Shown piece after piece: positions 7,254 to 13,381 of a stretch of DNA of 13,381 nt. The stretch spans positions 1-13,381 of the forward strand of contig JBFWVI010000069.1 of assembly GCA_050246815.1 (NCBI GenBank). Reading direction: 5' to 3'. Numbering within the stretch: the first letter of the stretch is position 1; the number at the start of each line of letters is the position of its first letter. The position numbers and the translations under genes are program-made. Below the pieces are notes generated by a model. That model was not told the DNA's origin and ran no database searches. It saw only the letters and a program-made list of their open reading frames with translations. Source of the stretch: Bdellovibrionales bacterium. GTDB lineage: Bacteria > Bdellovibrionota > Bdellovibrionia > Bdellovibrionales > UBA1609.

Positions 7254-8557
7254 TTAGTGCCCCATGTGCGTATGCGCGGACGTGGGCCCGCCGCTAAGCC
7301 GATGTTGGCGTCACTGAGTAAAGGGTGAGTGAGGTAGGTCAATAAATCGTATTCTGTTGTAGATTCAACGCCCTCGTCATATTGGGTGACCTGAATGCTT
7401 GCTTCTCGTAGGGTGTTTAAGTCGGCTTTCAGCATCTGCTCCATGGTCTGATTGATTGCCTGATGCATTTCCCTTTCAAGCGGGTCTTGCACCCTGGCAA
7501 TCAGGTTGAGAGCCACCAAGTTGGAATTCATTCGACCAAAAAAGTAGACCGGAAATCGCTCAAGGGCATCGACCAAAGAATCTGGCAATGCCTGATGACT
7601 ACGTTGAGAGCGAAGTATCTCGAGACGCTGAGAGCGGTAATGAGGGCTAAAGGCCAAAAGAGTGGGCTGAAACAAGCTGATCCAACCTTCTTGGTCGGCG
7701 ATAAAATTGCTTAAACATTCCACACGGCAAGGATAGTGCATAAACGGGTAGTCTTGTTGGGAGTAGAGAAGGGGGTCCACTCCAAGAAGACCTCTGTTTA
7801 AAATTTCACGGACCATTAATCTTTCTAATTTGTGAGCCCGTATAAAAGCCAAAACTGTGGCCAAGGTGGGATTGAGAGACGCGTTGATGGTGATCTTTAA
7901 ATCGGCGGACTCGATTCGCGTGCTAGCGAGCTGAGGGATGCTATTCCAGCCAGGGCCTTTGGGCCATGATTTTGCATCAAAATAAATGGCCAGTTCATGG
8001 GCGACAGTTTGAGTTAAGTAACGCAAATTCAAGTCTGAGGAGACAGCTGAATTGTGTAAAAACAATGTGGTTTGATTGGTGTATGCATCTGTCCAGGAAT
8101 CAAGTGGCAGGTCGGGACGATCGGTCACGATAAAGAGATAACGACGTGGCGAGTTCATTCCATTCAAAGTCAGCTTTCGCGGAGTTTGCAGGGGATTGTC
8201 GTAAACGTATGAGGACCTGGAATTGAGTTGAGCACATTGTGTCGCACTCGTCTGTGCGGCCTCGTGCGACATAGCCAAATGATGGGTTAACAATTGCCAA
8301 TCTGCATTGAGAACCTCACGACAAAGGCTGCGACCGACCGAGGTTTGCAGCAATCGATTTGTGACGGTGTCAATGAGGACTTGAAGTGGGGCCGAATCGC
8401 TGACGCGAAAGACGCGATAGCTGTAGCCAGCAGCGTCATGGTAGGTCTCATGACTTTCACCATAGAGCAACTGAACTGCCAGTTCAGGCGAAAGCAGCGC
8501 ATGACTTCGACCACAAAACAGCAAAATGAAAAGGCAAGCCAACAATCGTAGATTCAT
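7250..8557 (-). CDS. secreted protein of unknown function
   Basis: Long ORF. ATG 8557 gives a Sec signal MNLRLLACLFILLFCGRSHA|LL. Internal VAHELAIYFD; basic C-terminus GPRPRIRTWGTK. Confidence 0.75.
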   Translation of the reverse strand: MNLRLLACLFILLFCGRSHALLSPELAVQLLYGESHETYHDAAGYSYRVFRVSDSAPLQVLIDTVTNRLLQTSVGRSLCREVLNADWQLLTHHLAMSHEAAQTSATQCAQLNSRSSYVYDNPLQTPRKLTLNGMNSPRRYLFIVTDRPDLPLDSWTDAYTNQTTLFLHNSAVSSDLNLRYLTQTVAHELAIYFDAKSWPKGPGWNSIPQLASTRIESADLKITINASLNPTLATVLAFIRAHKLERLMVREILNRGLLGVDPLLYSQQDYPFMHYPCRVECLSNFIADQEGWISLFQPTLLAFSPHYRSQRLEILRSQRSHQALPDSLVDALERFPVYFFGRMNSNLVALNLIARVQDPLEREMHQAINQTMEQMLKADLNTLREASIQVTQYDEGVESTTEYDLLTYLTHPLLSDANIGLAAGPRPRIRTWGTK

Positions 8558-8666
8558 CGTTTTGGCAATCTGGCGAGATTGAAGGCAATTTGCAAGCTTA
8601 CGCAATGGTTCGTGAGTATTCGTTCAAGGGCTATAAAAAAACTTCACCTCATGAGCTGCGGCGACT

Positions 8667-8682
8667 GTGAACATTTGTTCAC
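8667..8682. promoter_or_regulatory. palindromic operator, LexA-box-like (GAAC-N4-GTTC core)
   Basis: GTGAACA-tt-TGTTCAC with perfect 7-bp arms, in a divergent intergenic region. Confidence 0.4.
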
Positions 8683-8724
8683 CTTTGTGGGTAGGGGGTT
8701 TGAGGGGCTTGAGGTAGGTTCCAT

Positions 8725-8852
8725 TTCACCTTTTGGTCTTCCTTTCTTGTTTGCAAGGATCGGCCTCTTAAGTGAGGCCCGAGGGGGGTATGCAGAATTA
8801 ACTGCACCGGTTCTTGTTAAAGCCCTCTTCGATAAGAAGGGGGCTTTTTTTT
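8725..8852 (+). ncRNA. candidate small RNA or attenuating leader
   Basis: Consecutive stems (TCCTT/AAGGA, GGCCTC/GAGGCC, TGCAG/CTGCA) ending in a strong terminator, with no credible + strand CDS upstream. The 5' end is uncertain. Confidence 0.45.
8819..8852 (+). terminator. intrinsic terminator (orphan)
   Basis: AAAGCCCTCTTC-gataa-GAAGGGGGCTTT running into an 8-T tract (8845-8852). Confidence 0.8.
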
Positions 8853-8955
8853 GCCCATAAATGTCACTTTTGGCCCTAAAACCGTCTTGGTCCACCCTCT
8901 AAATACCTAATTTTGGTCAGTTTTTGTGGCTTTGTAATTGCAACATAGTCAGCCG

Positions 8956-10647
8956 ATGGTTCGTTTTCGCCGTTTTCTTATTTTAGCTCCTGCTTGCCTA
9001 CTTTTTTTGTTGGCTTGTGACCAGCATCGTCCAAATCCAATTCGTCAGACCGATTTCAGTGACGACGGCTTCGGTGTTAAAGCCGAACCGCCGCCAGAGC
9101 CATTTTTCGAAGGCGAGCGAGATTACAAGCGTTTCACCCCCTATGAAACTCCCGAGATCGTACGCGAGCGCCAAAGGTCTGAAAAACCTGCGGCAAACGA
9201 AGCGGAAAAATCGGAATGCGTTGAAACAGAGGCCTTTCGCATTCATGAACCCAACTTGGTGATCAACGTCGACACTCAGACAATGGATTTTAAGCTGCGC
9301 CTAGAATCCAAGGTGGGTACCGAGGTCGTGCATTTGCGCGGTGCCTTTGATCGTAGCGAAGCCCCTTGGCGATCCGAGTTGTACGCGGTTGATCAAGCTT
9401 TATTGGAAAAGCGTCGGGTTTCGGCGGTGGCGCTTTGTTTGACCGCCCACGTCTGTGATGTGCTTGGTGTGAATATTTATTATGTGATCGACGGTAAATT
9501 GAGTTGCCGCCAACTGCAAAGCGGGGTGCGTGGTCCGCGCGTGGCCATGAGCGGCGACGAAGAAGATGTTGAGCCAGCCAACCCATCAACACCGGTTGGG
9601 GCAAAGCCGCCCGTGGTTCCGTCAACTGAGGATTCCAAGAATCAGCCTCATCATCAAGGTCACGAGCAAGTCGAGGATGAAGGGGAGGGGGAAGATTCCG
9701 ATGCGGATAGTGAAGAGGGTGATGTGACTTCGCCGCCGCCAAAACCACCTCTTAAGGCTGAACCCGTACGGCCAGGACAAACCAAGCCATCTGCAACAAC
9801 GCCGGCTACGACAAGGAAAACAAAAAAGGTGGCTCCTCGTTTGGAAGATTTAACGCCCGACCAACGCAAAAAGGCGACGATCGAATATCAGGGGCCGATC
9901 GAAATCGCGCCTCCGTCCAAAAACCCCTATCGGCTTGAGGGGCTGCCGGAGCCTGTGTCGCAGGAGTCTAAAGGCGTGCTCAGTCAGGCCATTGGTTCGC
10001 ACAATAATGGCTATTTGCGGCAGGGGACCTATCTGCCTTTTGAGGGGCCTGGATTCGTGCGTCAATCGTTCTTGCTGAACCCAAATCTGACTCCAGCTAA
10101 AGACCGTAACTCTTCTTGGGGGACGCTGCGGACACAAGAGTTTATTGAGAATCTAGGGCAAGAGTTCAGTAAACGTGCGCCTGGGGCAAAGTTAATGGTG
10201 ACTTCGGTTTCACAACAAACTGGCGCACTTCGACCCAAAACTTACAAGGGGTCCAGTCATCGCACAGGGCTTGACATCGACATTGCCTACATTCCCAAAA
10301 GCGATAAAAAAGGCAAAAGCTACTACGCGGTCGATAGGAATGGTCGCGTGGATTCAGATTTGGATGTTGCAAAAAGTTGGGAGCTGGCCAAATCCACTTT
10401 ACGCGTCCGGCGTGAGTGGATGATTGTTTTGTTTATGGATAAAGCCATTAAAAAGGCCTTTTGCAAACATGCCAAAGAGGCCGGCGAGCCGATTGATGAT
10501 CCAAATTCTTTGGCCTACCAAACTTTGCGCACGATTACGCACTGGACAGGGCATCGCAGTCATTTTCACGTGCGGCTCTATTGCCCAGGTAATCAAGGTT
10601 GTCAAAACACAATGGTCACCTTACCCAACAGCAATGGCTGCCACTAG
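8956..10647 (+). CDS. lipoprotein with C-terminal penicillin-insensitive murein endopeptidase (MepA-like, peptidase M74) domain
   Basis: Lipobox LLA-C after MVRFRRF. C-terminal AIGSHNNGYL..G, WGT, SHRTGLDIDI (HxxxxxxD) and GHRSHFHVRLYCP...C (HxH). Pro/acidic linker at ~9550-9840. Confidence 0.85.
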   Translation: MVRFRRFLILAPACLLFLLACDQHRPNPIRQTDFSDDGFGVKAEPPPEPFFEGERDYKRFTPYETPEIVRERQRSEKPAANEAEKSECVETEAFRIHEPNLVINVDTQTMDFKLRLESKVGTEVVHLRGAFDRSEAPWRSELYAVDQALLEKRRVSAVALCLTAHVCDVLGVNIYYVIDGKLSCRQLQSGVRGPRVAMSGDEEDVEPANPSTPVGAKPPVVPSTEDSKNQPHHQGHEQVEDEGEGEDSDADSEEGDVTSPPPKPPLKAEPVRPGQTKPSATTPATTRKTKKVAPRLEDLTPDQRKKATIEYQGPIEIAPPSKNPYRLEGLPEPVSQESKGVLSQAIGSHNNGYLRQGTYLPFEGPGFVRQSFLLNPNLTPAKDRNSSWGTLRTQEFIENLGQEFSKRAPGAKLMVTSVSQQTGALRPKTYKGSSHRTGLDIDIAYIPKSDKKGKSYYAVDRNGRVDSDLDVAKSWELAKSTLRVRREWMIVLFMDKAIKKAFCKHAKEAGEPIDDPNSLAYQTLRTITHWTGHRSHFHVRLYCPGNQGCQNTMVTLPNSNGCH

Positions 10648-10693
10648 ACGAATTGATTGACTAAAATCGACGGGACGGGGACGCTTAAAGCAA

Positions 10694-11944
10694 ATGAGCG
10701 ATTCGAACCGTCCCGGCTTTAATTTGATCATGAAGGTCAACCATGACATCACCAAAACCTGGCTGTGGGCCTGCGGTCTATTGCTGGTCATCGCTTTAGG
10801 AGTCGGCAAGTTTTCAAGCTACAGCGGTGGCTTTTTTATGAAAGTGCTGGGCTTTTTTGCCTTTTTGATGATCACCTTTGTTGCCATTTTAATGGGCATT
10901 TATATCTTTCGGCTCTACTTCACCGAACGTAATCGCTTGGAGCTCAACGAAGAAGGGCTTTACGACTTTGGTTCGTTTTGCGAGCTTGGTTTTGTGCCCA
11001 TGACCTCCATTGCCAATATTCGATTTGCCCATTTACTAGGCCAGCAGTTTTTGTTGGTGGATTTTTTCTCGCATGTGAATCCATTAAGAACCAAACAAGG
11101 AGTTTCTGCGGAAGTTTACCGATTGTTGTTTGGCCTTGAGCTTTGGGTGCCGGTGGGGCTTTTTCGTATGTCGCGTATTGATTTAGAGTCTCAGTTGATC
11201 CATTTGGACCATTTGCTTCAAGAAAAGGCGGGTGGCTCTCCATCCACCACAAATTCGGGCAAAATTCGACCTCCGGCCCCCAATGCCAAAGTCAGTCAGA
11301 CCAACCCACTAGCCGGGCTTGCAGGTGCGAACGTGGACCCATTGCCGTCCACCCTCCCCAGTCCACCTGCCTCCATGGCGGGGAGAGCTGCGGCCATGGA
11401 TCAAGCGCCGCCACCGCTCACCCAAGTGCGCCCCGAAAAAGCCAGAGTGCTCGAGAAGATCAATGCCATTAAACAGCAGGTCAAGCAGCGGGGGTTTGAC
11501 GTCAAACTGGCCACCTTGTACTTGGACCAGGTGGCCATGTTTCCAACACTTTATGTGGCTGGCCAGCTGCCTGAGGGTGTGACCAACGTTCAATCTAGCC
11601 AGCAGGGCTCAGACTACGAAGAGGTTCGCTTTCAGTACGCCGGACAATCCTTTAGCTTTGGACTGCGCCGTGACATCGGTTCAAGCGATGAAGCACTTTT
11701 ATCTGTTGGCGTCGGGGATCGGGTGCACCTGAGCTTGCGGGTAAGGGTTGAAATCGGCGAATTGGTACCCATGGATCTAGAAAGCTTTATCCCAGGGGAT
11801 TGGCAGGGGCTTTTAGAGAAGTTAATTCAAGCCATTCAAGAGTCCCAGGTCGTTAAATTGGATATGACACAAAAAATTAGCATGCCCGAGCAGACCAAAA
11901 CCAACCTCGAGGAACTCAAAAACCGCTTTGGAATCAAAGAGTAA
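10694..11944 (+). CDS. hypothetical membrane protein (two N-terminal TM helices, PH-like/STM3941-like segment, Pro-rich linker, C-terminal domain)
   Basis: 416-aa ORF with two hydrophobic helices followed by LELNEEGLYD...GFVPMTSI..I. The start may be ATG 10730. Confidence 0.7.
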   Translation: MSDSNRPGFNLIMKVNHDITKTWLWACGLLLVIALGVGKFSSYSGGFFMKVLGFFAFLMITFVAILMGIYIFRLYFTERNRLELNEEGLYDFGSFCELGFVPMTSIANIRFAHLLGQQFLLVDFFSHVNPLRTKQGVSAEVYRLLFGLELWVPVGLFRMSRIDLESQLIHLDHLLQEKAGGSPSTTNSGKIRPPAPNAKVSQTNPLAGLAGANVDPLPSTLPSPPASMAGRAAAMDQAPPPLTQVRPEKARVLEKINAIKQQVKQRGFDVKLATLYLDQVAMFPTLYVAGQLPEGVTNVQSSQQGSDYEEVRFQYAGQSFSFGLRRDIGSSDEALLSVGVGDRVHLSLRVRVEIGELVPMDLESFIPGDWQGLLEKLIQAIQESQVVKLDMTQKISMPEQTKTNLEELKNRFGIKE

Positions 11945-12059
11945 CTTCAAGCCGCAGAGCGTAAAATTTTTTCAAACACCCTTGCATTTTGACGCCAATC
12001 CGCTAAATCTTCGGTTTTGATTTTTAAGACACTCATCACTTAAAGGTGTATGTAACGCT

Positions 12060-12365
12060 ATGGCAAAACTGAGCAAGATCAATAAGAACAACTACCGTCG
12101 CAAACTTTCGACAAAATACGGCCCTATTCGCGCTGAATTGCGTGCAAAAGCCGTCGATATGAAGCTGTCGGATGAAGAGCGTCAGGCAGCCCGTTTGAAA
12201 TTGCAAAAGATGCCACGTGACACTTCGCCGATTCGCGTGCGTAGTCGATGTGAACTGACAGGGCGCCCTCGCGGCAACCTGCGCAAGTTCGGTTTGAGCC
12301 GCATGAAGTTTCGTCAGCTTGCGCATCGTGGTGCAATCCCTGGCGTGACCAAAGCGAGCTGGTAA
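12060..12365 (+). CDS. rpsN: 30S ribosomal protein S14, long Zn-independent (C-) form
   Basis: MAKLSKI...[48 protein letters not shown]; 101 aa with only one Cys. AAAGGTG upstream. Confidence 0.98.
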   Translation: MAKLSKINKNNYRRKLSTKYGPIRAELRAKAVDMKLSDEERQAARLKLQKMPRDTSPIRVRSRCELTGRPRGNLRKFGLSRMKFRQLAHRGAIPGVTKASW

Positions 12366-12387
12366 TTTAACTCTAAAAAATCAAATT

Positions 12388-13381
12388 ATGATGCGCCACC
12401 GCTTCACTGTTGTTCTGGCTTTTGTGGTGTGGGTGGGGATGATTTGTGGTTGCGCTACTTTAGGCCCCAAAGGCAAACGCTTAAATGGTGTTTTGCAAAC
12501 CGCTATTTCCGGCACGCAAGATCCTAAGCAAATTGAATCGGAATTGGACTCACTCTGCGCACAAGCGGCTACAGCCGCTTGTGCGCTGCGCGGCAGATCG
12601 GTCGCGCTGAATCAGCCTTTGGCGATCATTCAAGGGGTGACCACCAGCAAGCAAGCCTTGTTTGCCATACTGGTTCCACGCGGTAAAAGCTTAACGTATC
12701 TGGTTTTGGTCGACGATAAACCCCGGCAACTACTCTCGCCGCTGGTCACTCAAAAAGATTTTTCTGATTGGCAAATGGATCAAGTGCAGGCTGCCAATTT
12801 AAGTATCAATGAAAATTATGAATTGTGGCTGATCGATGATGACGGAGTTTTGTGGGATCGACGCGAGTTTAAAAGTCTTAATACAGAAAAAAGCAAGCCG
12901 CGCTTAATCGTGGCCTCTTGTTTGGATGACAGTTTTGCAAAAGAGCAGGCGGTGGCCTGGGACAAAGTTCGTGAGCGCAAACCGGATGTGATTTTTTTAA
13001 TCGGTGACACATCTCACACCGACAAGTATGCGAATTCGGAAGGGACCAATCCACAGATTTTATGGAACCGCCATGTGGACACACGCAACCTTTTGGCGGT
13101 GTTTCGCTGGCCCAAACTTGTTCCTGTCTTAGCCACCTGGGATGACCATGACTATGGGCTTAATGACGGCGATAGTCGCTATCCCTTTAAAAATGAGAGT
13201 CAGCAGACCTTCACCACTTTTTTTCCCCGCCCTCAATCCGGCGAAGAGTGGCTAGCCGGGCCCGGGGTGGGTGGAATGTGGAATGGATTTTCACAAAGAT
13301 TTCTGTTCTTGGATAACCGTAGTTTTCGATCTCCCAATAATCATGAACAGCGCGGTCAAACTCATTTTGGAGATCAGCAAA
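12388..13381 (+). CDS. alkaline phosphatase D (PhoD)-family lipoprotein, 3' truncated by the window
   Basis: Manual translation is open to the window end: MMRHRFTVVLAFVVWVGMICG-C, then LIVASC, PDVIFLIGD, ATWDDHDYG.ND, FLFLDNRSFRS and HFGDQQ. Absent from the ORF track because there is no stop in the window. Confidence 0.88.
   Translation, partial: MMRHRFTVVLAFVVWVGMICGCATLGPKGKRLNGVLQTAISGTQDPKQIESELDSLCAQAATAACALRGRSVALNQPLAIIQGVTTSKQALFAILVPRGKSLTYLVLVDDKPRQLLSPLVTQKDFSDWQMDQVQAANLSINENYELWLIDDDGVLWDRREFKSLNTEKSKPRLIVASCLDDSFAKEQAVAWDKVRERKPDVIFLIGDTSHTDKYANSEGTNPQILWNRHVDTRNLLAVFRWPKLVPVLATWDDHDYGLNDGDSRYPFKNESQQTFTTFFPRPQSGEEWLAGPGVGGMWNGFSQRFLFLDNRSFRSPNNHEQRGQTHFGDQQ

Noticed and set aside
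8720..8765. Minus-strand GCAAAC-AA-GAAA-GGAAGAC resembling a c-di-GMP-I riboswitch or SRP RNA
   Set aside because: The bases flanking GAAA do not pair, and the rest of each consensus is missing.
8579..8895. ORFs 8579-8860 (+) and 8644-8895 (-)
   Set aside because: No SD or protein-like features, and they run through the terminator hairpin.

Overview
Ordinary chromosomal region, probably from a Bdellovibrionota or related deltaproteobacterial genome (inferred from the protein types, not proven). Minus strand: the 5' end of a truncated gene, a vWA/MIDAS lipoprotein, a coupled tesA-like arylesterase/ABC ATPase/FtsX-type permease operon, and an overlapping pair of a secreted unknown protein and a TPR-like/winged-helix regulator. 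Plus strand: a lipoprotein with a C-terminal MepA-type murein endopeptidase domain, an unknown membrane protein, a stand-alone Zn-independent rpsN, and a truncated PhoD-family phosphatase that the ORF track misses. No mobile element, CRISPR array, tRNA or rRNA was seen. The most interesting signals are intergenic. At ~1669-1850 is a self-contained, highly structured small transcript with a 15-codon ORF and two near-maximal Shine-Dalgarno sites, the second in register with the stop codon. At ~8725-8852 is a structured element with an orphan terminator, next to a LexA-box-like palindrome.
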